From: Ylistrum balloti
Taxonomy: Eukaryota
Direction: 5' to 3'
Assembly (NCBI RefSeq): GCF_031769215.1
Contig: NW_026782084.1
Span: 62,001 to 126,000 of the forward strand
DNA: 64,000 bases
Within the stretch, counting starts at the first letter, position 1; every line of letters begins with the position of its first letter. Below the pieces are notes generated by a model. That model had not been told where the DNA came from. It made no database searches and saw only the letters and a list, made by a program, of their open reading frames with translations. Positions 12,825-25,945 of the stretch are shown one piece after another. The translations under genes were made by a program, and so were the position numbers.

Positions 12825-14420
12825 TTAGTATTTGGCACCTAAAATAGAAAACACACACATCAATAATTGATCTCAATGCGTTAAGTGTTACCTTCTCCGC
12901 TCTATTATTAGTGTATCTCTTATCTCGAAAGCAATAATAGTTACTAGCGATATTTGGAGAATATCGTTTTATATCAACTTTTATATATTGCATTTATAGA
13001 TCTAATTTCAATTGAAACTTCTAAATATCTTACCTCCTTGTCCACCGAATCCTCCATTTCCACCAAAGCCTCCATTACCTCCGAATCCGCCACCATTGCT
13101 TCCTCCAAATCCACCGCTTCCTCCGCCGCTCATTCCTCCGAATCCACCTTTGCCTCCAAATCCACCATTACCTCCAAATCCACCATTACCTCCAAATCCA
13201 CCATTACCTCCAAATCCACCATTACCTCCAAATCCACCACTTCCTCCAAGGCCGCCACCGCTCATTCCCCCGAATCCACCTTTTCCGCCCATTCCTCCAA
13301 ATCCACCGCTACCCATTCCCCCGAATCCACCTTTTCCTGCCAAGCCACCACCACTCATTCCTCCGAATCCACTGCTTCCTCCAAATCCACCGCTTCCTCC
13401 CAATCCACCTCCGTTCATTCCACCGAATCCACCATTTCCTCCAAAGCTTCCACCTTTTCCACCAAAACCACCTGCATTTCCACCAAATCCTCCACTACCT
13501 CCGAGTCCAGCAGCTCCTCCAAATCCTCCATTACCTGCTCCGCTCATACCACCAAATCCTCCTTTCCCTCCAAATCCACTACCACCGAGTCCACCACTTC
13601 CTCCAAACCCTCCACTGCTTCCGAAACCTCCACTTCCAGCGCTTCCCCCGCTACCTCCACCAAATCCACCACTTCCTCCGCCATATTTCCCTGAATCGAT
13701 AAATAACTTTACTTGAATATATGAATACAGAAATGCTAATAATTCATCAATTCACTTGAAGAACAATTCCAAAGTCTTTAATATTTAAACAATGTCAATT
13801 TTCAACCACAAAAGTGGAACGTTTGAAGCCATAGTCTCGATTTGTTCGAAGTTAAAGATATAGTTGACACAAAGGGTGTTTTCATGATCGATATATTATC
13901 AATTCTGTAGAATGAAGGTTTATTTAAAATCCTGATGAGTATCGCTCACATATATAACACATTTTGGCTGATAAGGATGCCGGTTACATTAAGTTTGCTT
14001 GTTTTTAAATATTATTAATTCGATAATTGATACTTGATAATTTAAAGACAGCGATCAAAACATGTTTTACTCTCTCATACTCGACACTCGCCATATAAAT
14101 CTTAGTCAGTGCAAATAAGGAACATCAGGTTTTCAAATGAGAACAGAGTATACAGCAAGGAAACGAATAAGCAAACTAATGAGCATCAAACACACCCAGT
14201 TTCATATATGAAAAAAGAATATTTATCAAGGAGATCACTAGGACGACCGAAAAAACTTCCCTATGATTTGTAACAACCTGCATCTTTTGAAACCCCGTGT
14301 TACGAGTTTGACCGTTAGTTGACGACAAAAATCAGGATAATGGGAACATGACCTTGTAAACCTACCTGCAGCGTTGACGCTGACTAGTAAGAGAGCGGTT
14401 AAACAGATGTAGGTATTCAT
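12825..14420 (-). CDS. Abductin-like Gly-rich secreted protein, copy A2 (~241 aa)
   Basis: CDS exons 14420-14366 (MNTYICLTALLLVSVNAA G|gt), 13690-13034 (ag|GKYGGG...GGQG G|gtaaga; 657 nt = 2+654+1), 12838-12825 (ag|GAKY*). Non-coding exon ends 14838; AATAAA at 12783-12788 and 12771-12776. Confidence 0.88.
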
Positions 14421-14910
14421 GTCGCTGAATCTGAATGAAAGAGTAAGTAATATATCACAATACATCTTATGGTGATTATCCGTGATATTACAGCAATAAT
14501 CAAAAATTTAGATTTAATAACTACATATATAAATTTTGATTTAGTTTTGGTCTCTACTTTACACATCACAGAATATTTAGAAATTTAACTTAGTGCAGAA
14601 AAAAATCTTAAAGATTATGATAACGAAACAATTCTTTACTCATGCCTTCACAATAATTTACAGCTAAAAGTATTTTTGGATACTGTACATTTCAAAATGA
14701 AATCTTAACTTCTGAAAATAAATGCAACTAAAACAATTAGTTTCCTTAAACTGTAATATTATAAACGATAAAATTGTGACTTTAGCAAAAGGGAATTAAT
14801 GTATTGATATTATATAAAAAGATCCTAAATTAATTACCTGTGTTCACTTGGGTGCTTCTGTCCTTCGAAATGCAGAGGAGATTTGGCCTGAAAACCATTG
14901 AACAGGCAGA

Positions 14911-14942
14911 CTATTTATACTGGTCAAATGGAAATGACGTCA
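14911..14942 (-). promoter_or_regulatory. A2 core promoter: TATAAATAG plus CRE/ATF site TGACGTCA
   Basis: ctatttata 14911-14919 and tgacgtca 14935-14942, same spacing as in A1. Confidence 0.7.
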
Positions 14943-15624
14943 CATGGGCAGAAAGATAAAGCCTAATAATGAATCTTTTTTGTGGTCAGAGATTTGCTGT
15001 ACAGGAAACCACAACTTTAAAAGTGCCATTACGTAACATCGCGCCGTCTTGTATTTAGCCTTTCTGACAAAAATTGTATCAGTAATCATGGTCATTTAAT
15101 TCCAGAGAAGGCTTTGTTGATTACAAGACAAACGTATGTACCCTTTACTGCAGTCTTATGTTAATTGCTCTGTTGCAATGAAAGGTGAATGTTAGGTTGA
15201 GGTTCCAAGGCAGGAAATGCACATGACAACAACTGATGTCTGGTTTATTTTGTTTTCCATGTCTCCTTTCTCCAGATTGTTGCATCATTTTATTGAAATC
15301 TGTATGAAAGCAAATACTCGGACCGCATTAACTCCCAGCACTACTATTAGTTATTTGGTAAGAGTATTGATAAACTTATTTAATTTCATATACATATATG
15401 TGTAATATTTTATAATGAAGTTTTTATTGTCTTGCTATCCGTAGTTACGTATTCACATTTGCAAAACAATGAACTGAACAGGTGGGTCAATGATGAAAAT
15501 AAAGTACAGAAGGCAATATAAATTAATAATCAATTGCACAACTCAAAATAGACATATTTTTACTATATGGAAGATGTCGATATAGAATGTACTATTATTC
15601 CTTTGCACCTGATCTTATAATCCT

Positions 15625-15700
15625 TGTACGTACTAGGAGTCTCCGCGTAAATCATTCTTTTGTACATATTCTGCCCTAGTTTTATTTTAATTTCTTGTTG
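15625..15700 (+). mobile_element. Short dispersed repeat fragment (other copies ~17590-17660, ~29535-29600, ~38260-38350)
   Basis: Shared ggagtctccgcgtaaatcattcttttgtacatattctgccctagttttatt-like text; the 29535 copy directly follows a Penelope-like RT remnant, suggesting it is that element's terminal region. Confidence 0.5.
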
Positions 15701-18700
15701 CTTCATAGAGGGAGTATGGATTGACATGTTAAAGATGTATCATGCGAGGTTTTCTTGCACAGGTTTTCTACTTATTGACAAGTATAAGCTAGACAGGTTT
15801 AACTTTTGATTTGACAAATGGTAGTTAGAAACTTTTTTCTCTTTGACAGGTTAGACTATCCATTGACAGGTACAAACGAAGATATTTACTTTCGAACTTG
15901 TTGGACTTCGTAATTACTACCTGAAGAGATATATTTTATCTGGCTAGTTTGACTACTTAATGAGATGGAAACTAATACTAGTTTATGCGGTTTTGTGCAG
16001 GGTTCTCTTGCGCAGGAAAACATAGAACAAAACTACATTTGGAGTGTTCTTAGACGCAGGAAAGCATCGGGCAAAACTATATTCCTTGATCTCGATATCA
16101 AAAGCAGACTTAATTTTAACAGAAAATATGTAATTGATTGAAGCATGTTATAACTGTATTCTTGTCACAATATAAAGAAGGTTTCATGCTCGTGCAGTTG
16201 TTCAACCAAACGCTTATTCAAGCTTCATGCTGCCATATAATATAAATATATAATTTAAAAATCTCGTTTTACGGCTGTAGGTAATGAAATAGAAGGGGAG
16301 GCTTTCAGATAATTTTTTGTTGGCTACGAATAATCAACGAAATGGTCCGGAGAGAAAGCAAAGGAAAGAAGTGGAAACAAATTGCCGGTAAGACTAATGC
16401 ATTGCACAGGATAGTCTACACAATAGGTCGACGAATATCATATTTCCATCTTATTCAATCTAGATTTGCATTTAATGATTTTGATAAAAGTTTTCATGTT
16501 TTAATATTATATGGTATCGTCAGTGTCAACAAACAGTCGCGGGATTTAAACCTTCTGTGCATACTTGATGATATAAACTATAAGACTAATTTTCCATTGG
16601 AAAAGAGAATACATTTAACAAAGTCTTTTATGTCTATAATAACATAGATATATTAACGGTGAAATTATACATTGTTGCCTCAATCAAATTAAATTCTATT
16701 TCATAAATGTTTTCAACAATTAACTGTTTCAAAGTAGCGCTCGTTTATATACTCCGGATATTAGTCATCGCCGATGCGCATAATCAGTCATATTTGTACT
16801 GCGAACCCTTTGCGTTTTAACAGGAGTGGCCATGTTGTTTTGTCACGTGACATATTGTAAACATGTTAATTTTCCCTTAAAATTTTTCGTTACTCTTGTG
16901 TTTGATATTGAAGTGTCGTCATTGTCGTGGATCTGGTATATTGCGTATTAGTCAATTGAGAGAACAACATATCCATGCATTAGCTGTTATAAAATCAGCA
17001 ATGCAGAAGACCATCCACATGTTCCAAGCCTTCGGACATTTTAATCGTAAGTACCTGCACTAATATAATAATTAATACATTATAACCATTTATTGATTAA
17101 TGCTAATCAACATATCGATTACTATTTTGTGGGAATTTTTTTTCAAAATTAATGTTTATAAATGTATGATATAACGCCTTTGAATCCATATAATTTGCTT
17201 TAACTATACATTTGTTTGATGTGGTATAAACTTGATAGTCAAAGAAATTGATTTCTGAGGGAACGGTCTACTGTATGTAATGGAAAGATGCATTTAATCT
17301 GTGTGTCTTCTGTACAGTCTTCGAGATTGCAGACGGTAGACACTGTTGGTGGACTTTCAGTCCATGGTGAGCTTCGAAGAGGTTATCAAAACTGGTCACC
17401 AGCACATTTGGAAGTTTTTCAATTTCACTTTAACATCCGATTACTATATAGAAGAGGTTGATATAGAATGTACGTTTCTATGAAGATGGACGTTTTTCTG
17501 GCGGTTTGTATACCTGTCTGTTTCGTTGTTGTTTTCCGTTTACTCATTTGCGAACTTATTTTGACTTACCAAGATTAGAATGGCGGATGTCGTCCTAGTG
17601 CTTTTGCAGGAGTCTCCGAGTATTTTTGTCATATTTTGCCTTAGCGTTATTGCATTTTAATGTGGAATTACATTCTCTTGACAAATATACATTTTCTTCG
17701 TTGCTTTTTTTTATCAAAAGGTATCTACCATGTTTTAATTGATTTGACAATACCGACCTTTAAAATCACCGACGAGTCCCAGGAGGATTATGCATAATTA
17801 TTTGGCTCCACTGTATCCGATTTTTAGATAAATATTGAAAGTTGCCATTTACTTGTGTTTGACATAAAATGGGTCAATTACTTATCAAGAATATTCATTA
17901 CTAATTCTGAAAAGCAGTCAAGATGGTACAAATATCGATTTTCGGTATACTCAGAGATACAACTCGATAAAATCCTTTCACATTTATTAAACAAAACTGA
18001 AAGAAAATGTCAATAGCTTAAAAAACTTGAAGCTGTAAAAGACATGAACACATCAAATGAAAATTGGGATGGGAGTAATAAGTGTGAGTTTTAGATCTGC
18101 AGAGAAATCAGTTATTTCTGTAAATAGAGTTTTCATGAATGGTTTTCATTCGTTTAACATGGGGGCTCTTTAAAGACTTTGACAAAAACGCATTTGCCTT
18201 CCTTGGGGCCATTGATACAAAATGGTTCTGTCGTGTTAAACATATGGGATAAGGTTGATAGGTAATGAAATATAAACAAAAGAAATAAATCCCACAACTG
18301 TAGCTGCATGAATAGCAATATCTTTATTATCAACAATAAATAAAACTTAAGTTATCAAATATACCTGAGCACTTCACCACCAGATACATATTATAACAAA
18401 GGTAAGATCGACCACAAGAACAATTGCGTAGGCATACAGAGATATTAATTTCTTTACTTGTAGTAAAACATTGCAGAGACCATGAAGTTATATTTGCCTA
18501 TTTCTTCAAAGGAAATATCACTACCGTCACCGCCACTACATCTGTAGCTAATAAATATGTTCTACATTGCTTTTTTTGTTAATTTTCTGTTTGATTAATT
18601 TCTTTCATAATATAGATAAGACAGATTATATATCTTTGTCTTCTATATATGGATATCATTTCGTATCACATTTCAAACTCATGTCCTTTATATCACTTGA

Positions 18701-18732
18701 AATAGACACGAGCATCCTTTAACAAGAGTTTC

Positions 18733-18894
18733 TACGGAGCCCGTTAACTGACATGCTCCATACTTATTTTATTTCGATAAAACGAACGAAATAATATTTC
18801 CAAAAAACGAATTAATATTTCGTTTAAACGAATTATTATTTCGAAAAAACGAAATTAAAATAAGTATGGAGCATGTCAGTAAACGGGCTCCGTA
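18733..18894. mobile_element. 162-bp MITE with ~40-bp TIRs and 6-bp TSD (IS3EU-like termini)
   Basis: Left tacggagcccgttaactgacatgctccatacttatttta; right taaaataagtatggagcatgtcagtaaacgggctccgta; direct repeat agtttc at 18727-18732 and 18895-18900; ends TAC..GTA. Confidence 0.9.
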
Positions 18895-19720
18895 AGTTTC
18901 TCTATTCTTTTAGAAGTTCTAATTGTTTTTTCTTTTCTTTATATTCTGGTAAATATAATTGGAACATTTCCAAAATATATAATATTTTGCTTTTTTCAAA
19001 ATTGTACAAAATCCTTCCAAGTGAAAGGACATTACAATGTGAATTTCGAATTAGATAGAGTCAAATAATGAATTAAATTGCATCATACAGCTACTCCTTT
19101 CTTCAATGACTCGTCATTAATGCTAAGAACCCAAACTGTAAAATCTATGACTAAGGAAAAGCAAAGTTGCACGAAAAAATATCAATACCTGGATTAGGAG
19201 TATCACTGGCCCTAAAATCTCATATTATTCCATGCCTCTTTATAATAGCATTGTCCGTTTTTGACTGACTGGTAAATTATCAAGAATTTGTTTTTTATGA
19301 ACGTTTTGATATAGAGGTTTGCTGTAGAACACATAGCTTTAACTTTGTGGTAGTTTCGTACAATATATCCGGTAGAGTATACATATTTATATCATATATC
19401 GAAATAACGTGTGAGCAAAACAATGTTTTCAACGGTTTGGTGTATACCCCGTGCATTGAAATAAAATCAAATTTCAATCTGTGAAGGATTCGAGATAAGT
19501 TTTTTTCCCGACCGTAATATTTAGAACAGCGCATGCTAACAATTTCATTACCGAACATTTAAAGAGTCACTGATGCAGTATCTGAAGGGAAACGTGACAT
19601 GCTTTGTTATGGACATTTCAGTTGAAACAGTTCTGGTTTATTCTATTGATTTACAATTTTATTTCTTATTCATTGATTTTAGTTCGATTAATTAACCTAA
19701 AAAATCTAAAATTATTTTTG

Positions 19721-19758
19721 CATCATATAGTTGTATCGTCTCGGACTCGTCGTTGATG
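19721..19758 (-). ncRNA. Degenerate solo minimal hammerhead copy
   Basis: Minus strand CAUCA ACGACGA GUC CGA GAC GAUA C AACU AUA UGAUG: helix I (CAUCA/UGAUG) intact, core mutated. Confidence 0.55.
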
Positions 19759-20621
19759 TCAAGAGCTCAAAGCGGCTGAGAAGGAAGGCTATAGCTCGGA
19801 AGAGTAAGTGATGCCTTTCTTGAGAATTTGTTGTGCTGAATAGTGTTTGGTTTGCTAGTTTTCAATCTCAGGCCTGGTAAATATTACCTCCATGTTGAGC
19901 GATCGTATTAATAATTAATAACAAACCTACATTAAAATGAATTGTAACTTTTGGTAGGATGGATTTTTTGAAGTTCCATTACAACATTGCTTTGAATTAT
20001 AACTTGAAGAAATATCTTTCCATCAACGACTACTGCGCTGAATTTGCTATTAGGTTAAGCTTTTCTGATGTTGCAGAAAGAGTGTTTTTGAAAGTGATTT
20101 CTTTGATAAGAGCACAAAAGGTGGGTACTACCAAGACATTGTATAAATCAGAATCAATACGACAAATAAAGGGAGTGCAGGTGTCTAAAATATCTATGTC
20201 ACTGTGCTCTGACAGAAAAAAAGATGAAAATGAAACCAATGAAAACAAACAAATAAGCACACATTAATCTAACATTGCTCTTTTATTAGCTACATGTACC
20301 AAAAAAGTGGATGTAATCGAACTGCCGTCAAATTAATATCCTCCACCTGAAAAAATTAAATAGAGCATACAGGCATTTCAAACTTTATGGATTCTAAGTA
20401 CATTATTTTTCATACCGAAGATGCAGTGTAATATTATGTAATCAATGAAAAATACAAAATCAAATACAAGATAAATACAACATGTTAATAAGATAAGGTA
20501 TATACCTTATGGATCTGAAATATATACATCATCTTTCTTCTCCTTGACATATCAGTAAATGTATGTGACCTCTACAGCAAATCTAGTAATATAATCATTC
20601 TCGTATTTTATTAAATGGGAA

Positions 20622-22951
20622 TTAAATAAACATACCGATTCTGCCGTTTCCACCTCCCATTCCTCCAAAAGGTCTATCGCCCATTCCTCCGGATGGTCCA
20701 CCTCCCATTCCTCCGCCCATTCCTCCTTTTCCACCGCCCATTCCACCGAATGGTCCTCCTCCCATTCCTCCAAAAGGTCCACTGCCCATTCCTCCGAAGG
20801 GACCACCTCCCATTCCACTTCCCATTCCTCCTTTTCCACTTCCCGATCCACCGAAGGGTCCTCCTCCCATTCCACCGAAGGGTCCACCTCCCATTCCTCC
20901 GAAGGGACCACCTCCCATTCCACCTCCCATTCCTCCTTTTCCGCCGCCCATTCCACCGAAGGGTCCTCCTCCCATTCCTCCGAAGGGTCCACTTCCCATT
21001 CCACCTCCCATTCCTCCTTTTCCGCCGCCCATTCCTCCGAAGGGTCCACTTCCCATTCCTCCTTTTCCACCACCCATTCCACCGAAGGGTCCTCCTCCCA
21101 TTCCTCCACCCATTCCTCCTTTTCCACCTCCCATTCCACCAAAGGGTCCTCCTCCCATTCCTCCGAAGGGGCTACCTCCCATTCCTCCACCCATTCCTCC
21201 TTTTCCACCTCCCATTCCACCGAAGGGTCCGCCTCCCATTCCACCGAAGGGTCCGCCTCCCATTCCTCCGAAGGGGCTACCTCCCATTTCTCCACCCATT
21301 CCTCCTTTTCCACCTCCCATTCCTCCGAAGGGACCACCGCCCATACCGCTCATTCCTCCTTTTCCACCGCCCATTCCACCGAAGGGTCCGCCTCCTGTTC
21401 CACCTCCACCCATACTTCCTCCCACACCACCGGACCCACCTCCATATGTACCTGTTCAAATAAATATTCACCCATAGTGATTTAGAATATACAATCTAGG
21501 TTTTCATCTTTCAATACCAATTGCTTACTAATTCACCAAAACGGATTTTCACCAAACGGATATCATCAAAGGTTTCCGTGAAAATTGAAATATTTTGCAC
21601 TCTCTTGTTTCATCGATTTTGAGTTTGAACTAAGAAGCTGTTTCGGGTTTCCTTGTTGCTTTTATATAATTATAACCCAATTCTGATAATAGTAACATAT
21701 TTGACCAATTATCCTTTAACTAACTCATTCGTCTCTTGTGAGCCTTTTAGCATATTTATTTTATATTACTGTTAATATCAATTATGATGAGGTAAGTATA
21801 CAGATAATTAAGTAGTTATTAACATGTTTTTACTACATATTCGGTCAAATAACAAATTCAAGAAGCCAATGGTTTGAAAAAATGATCTTGATGATATGCA
21901 AGCGTTCCGCATTCGATACCAATAATTCAATCATATCAATCCTTAAAATTCTACTAATTTGGCATCAAGTGAGCAAAAAAATCATATCAAAGAAATATAT
22001 CACTCACTGAAAAGTTTACTAAAATTTTAAGCATGTAGGGTTCTCACCAAAAAACAGTGATAAAGGTTAGTCAGAAAGTAGCTACATGTATGCAAAATAG
22101 GAAAGGATTCGGACCAACTTGCCGGATCTGTATCATTTTCTGAATATATATTTCACAGTAAACACGAAAACTCAAATATCATGGACCATTGGATCTAGAT
22201 TAAAACATTTTGAATTTTATGAAATAATCTATTTCATTGATTTTTTCCCTTTTTCTTACATTTTAACGAAATGACAGCTTAAAATTTCATGATATATCTA
22301 ATATTATTTCTGCCTTATTCCAATTAAACAATTTTTTCCAGAAGCATCGTATTTGGAAAAACATATCCTTGCTAACAACCAAACAGATAATCGTAAATGT
22401 TAATGTCTATTGTATTATGTGAGTTCAATTAATACTGAGAATTTAAATCAAAGAATTCAAACTTGATTCTTACTTGTGAAAAAGCAGATATTTTTTCATT
22501 GTTATAATATAGTAAAGTATGCACTTAATCAATTTATAGTTATCTGGAAGTATTGAAAAAATACACATTAATCAATGTTTCCTTTGTGACAAAGGTCGTC
22601 ACGCCCAAGGTATGGGGGCTAGTCAACAATGTTGTTCACGCGCTTTGCTCCCCCGAATTGGCAGACATGATTACAGTTTTCATAGCTAAACTAGAAAAAT
22701 GTAAAATAACAATTTTCATTCTGTTTGCATTTTATTCTCTATCCTCTACACAAAAATGTGCATTTATTCGACTTTCAGTAATGTTTTACCCGCAAGATTT
22801 CATATTCGATAATTTAAAGTGTGAAAGAATCGCCTTCATGCCCGTAAAATTAATAGTGTCCTGATATAAATCCTATTGGAATGAAATCAAACTTACCTGC
22901 TGAACTAACAGCCACAATAAGGCAGAAAGCTAGACAGATGAAGGCATTCAT
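20622..22951 (-). CDS. Abductin-like Gly/Met/Phe/Pro secreted protein A3 (~290 aa); C-terminus uncertain
   Basis: Exon 22951-22897 MNAFICLAFCLIVAVSSA G|gtaagt; exon from 21451 ag|GTYGGGSGG...(GGPFGGM, GGGKGGMGGGM repeats). End either unspliced ..RIGMFI* at 20622 with AATAAA at 20607-20612, or spliced at 20636 (G|gtatgt, frame fits) to EVTYIY* (20571-20552) or DP* (20514-20507). Non-coding exon ends 23738. Confidence 0.85.
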
Positions 22952-23816
22952 TTTAGTTAACTGAAATATAAGAAGGTTAATAAAAGTTAAAACTAATATT
23001 TAATTCAAAATTATAAGTTAAACTATATAATCGTACAGTAGTTTCTAATCCACATGGGTTTTTTTATGAAACAAATAAAAAAAAACAGAAAATTAAATTA
23101 AAAAATGAGTATTTTCGTGACGAGTATCATCACTCTCATATGAATACTTCATGTATAATTTTGTAAATCACATAACTTAATACTTCGCAATTGCAACATT
23201 GTTATACATCATAATAAAGTTATTATGTAATTAAAACAAACCTCCATCAATCCTTTTCTTAATGCTTTATATCAACAAATTAGAAATAGGCTTATCAATC
23301 TCTAATTGATTGTACTGTAAAAACGATTTTATTTATTTAAAATGATACATAGGGAACGGTTGTTAACCATTTTAATGACGAGTTAATGATAAATTTGTAT
23401 TATATCAAATAAGTCGTAATGCTTAAAACATGAAACATGTCATTGAATGACTGCGGGAAATCATTTTTATATGAACTAAATAAATGTAACCTGAAGAGAA
23501 TGCTCTCTGGGGATGTAATCGCTTCATGCTATCAAATTCTATTTCACCTACTTACTCTGATGGTAACGTTTATTACAAATTTAGGAAAGAGTAATTAAAT
23601 TGTGTAGACCATTAACTTAAAATTATAGATGTTATGCATTAATATTCTTACAATTTGATCAAAAATCAAAACTGTTTACATTATGTAAAATATTGTATCA
23701 TATCGTTGATATCTTATTACATGTTTAATTCTCTTACCAGTTCTCGTACTAGTGGAGACAAATCGGAGTCGATGTGGTGAGGAGAATGACACATTGGGAG
23801 GATACAATCAAGTATT

Positions 23817-23838
23817 ATTTATACCGTGCATGACGTAA
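23817..23838 (-). promoter_or_regulatory. A3 core promoter: TATAAAT plus CRE-like TTACGTCA
   Basis: atttata 23817-23823, tgacgtaa 23831-23838; first-exon donor ctg|gtaaga at 23738. Confidence 0.65.
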
Positions 23839-25244
23839 GTCTATACAATTGTTAAGGAAAAGATCAGCTTGTTAAGGTCAATTTACCATGTACTTGTTGT
23901 TATTTATTGACGCCGGTGTAAACAAGGACCACATTTCAGCGCAAAGGCTGTACCATTATTGTAAACAAAACACAGAATTTGCACTTTTTGTGTCAGACAC
24001 ATTCCGGGAAGCATTTCCCTAGTGACATTATCAGCGCGAGGCACGTAAGAGCCGTTAAGAGATATATTTTATCTCTGATAGATGAACAGGTTGTGTTCTA
24101 CATAACATGCTGAAGTTGCATATTCATCCAATCATTACATGTAATTAAATCCAAGACCTTTTTATCATTGTAAATGTTCAACTTAAAACATCAGGGCGTA
24201 CAAATTATATTGTCTTGTTTAGTCAAACCTGAAAGATGTTTTGTATTCAATAATAAATTATCAATGTTTTAAAGAAGTTTTCCTTTCTATAATAGCAAAA
24301 CAAGGTTTAAACAAAACGTGCTATGTAGCTCAGGTTGACATGAAACTCCCACGTACATGTACATGCTCTGAAATTTTTAAAAAGATAATGAAAACGATCA
24401 TTTGTGATGGGACAGAACATACGTAAGTATCTTATTTGTTTTGTTTATTAAACTGAATATCTAATGAGATGTTTATTTCATCTCAATATAAATAGATGAA
24501 TACAGAAAATGTTTTCTTGACTGAAAACTTTCTTTAACAGTTCAAAGTGACATTATGATGCTATAATCTTGTGGCTTCAACAGTTTCAATTTTTTCGATC
24601 TTTTTACATTCTGGGATTGGGAAAAACAAGAAAATACCATCATGTCAACATAATTGTAATCCAAACACAAATTAATTGAGTCTTATGCAAAATATAAACA
24701 AAGAAAAGGTCTACTCAACGTCTCCTGAAAAGATAAAAGGATGAGATCAGGTGTTTCGGAAGAGTAGGTGTCTTTAGCTTCATCGACGACACCCTCCATG
24801 TAAACATTGGTCAATCCAAGTAAGTTGAATAAAACCCTAGTGTGCGTTCACATTATGTTTCTTCCTTGTTTTATACGCGATGCAACAGTGAACAAGTTCA
24901 TATGTCGCATTCTACCCATTTTTATTAATATTTCCAAGAAACGGACATGTGATTCTTATCATTTGTCAGTTGGCTGTTGGCATTTTTTACAACAAATATA
25001 ACAAAGAACAATGACACTTTTGAAAAGTAATTTTATTCAACGAGAAAACATCTAGAAATACAGAAAGTTGAAGCTTGAAAACATCGTGATAGATATAAGA
25101 ACTTTTGATTACAATAAATTATATTCTAGGGGAGTTTAACCGCATCTTCAGAACCTTCGTCCATCTATGGCCCTTTGAAATATATAGAAATATGGTTTTC
25201 TTATTTGCAACCTAACGATTCAATAAGTGTTATCTTTAAAATCC

Positions 25245-25945
25245 TTAATGATACATTCCCCCCATCATTATACTGCCGAACGGAAAATAGCCTCGGCCCA
25301 TTCCACTCATGCTGGTGTCGTCACCTTTGTAGTTAAACTGCCATTCTCCTAGAAAAGAATGAAACAAAACATAAGGTATGAAAAATCTAATCAAAGGAAT
25401 ACATTTTCGTCCAAAAACAAGAAGCGGAAATTTGTTACACTTATATAACTTTTCAATATAATCCTGAGATGGCAAGATGAAGATGAGACTAATAATTGGT
25501 GCGAAAACAACATGAGGTGAGAATATCCCGGTTTATGGTATCTGCTAAACAAATCAGTGTAAAATATTGAAAGTAGACTAGGTTATAGATTAGTGCAAAT
25601 CCTCAAACATATATCGACACTTGTTCGGCCAAGTTCGCTTTTCCTGGTTTCCACACCTTAGGCACACAGCATCACACCCAAAGTATGAAGGAACGAAATG
25701 CAATTTATTTGTGTATTGATGTGTTACATGCATATATATCTGTTGTACATCACTCGTTACATTCTCCAATAATTAATGCCCTTAAATCAACATTATAAAG
25801 ACTAATGAATAACGTTGGCCGCGATAGATACAACTGCAAGCACTGAAAACCACATACCTCCATCCCCTCTCCACATATCCTGTGACAATACTGTAGAAGC
25901 TGTCAGAGTGACAATAAAAACCACAGCAAAACAGAACAGTTTCAT
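25245..25945 (-). CDS. Small secreted peptide, 63 aa (MKLFCFAVVFIVTLTASTVLS-QDMWRGDGGEWQFNYKGDDTSMSGMGRGYFPFGSIMMGGMYH)
   Basis: Exon 25945-25858 (88 nt, G|gtatgt) and exon 25348-25245 (tttctag|GA.., 104 nt) join in phase 1; hydrophobic 21-aa leader; acceptor tttgtttacag just 5' of the ATG. Confidence 0.72.

Larger units (their letters stand above)
12700..16360. repeat. Second unit of an ~8.4-kb-period tandem duplication (first unit ~4300-8060)
   Basis: Matching exons (ATG 6057 vs 14420), promoter, 109-bp identical block (6720-6828 vs 15111-15219) and distal matches (tttgacagatagtagc ~7735 vs tttgacaaatggtagt ~15810; gtccggagagaaagca ~8038 vs ~16346). Boundaries approximate. Confidence 0.85.
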
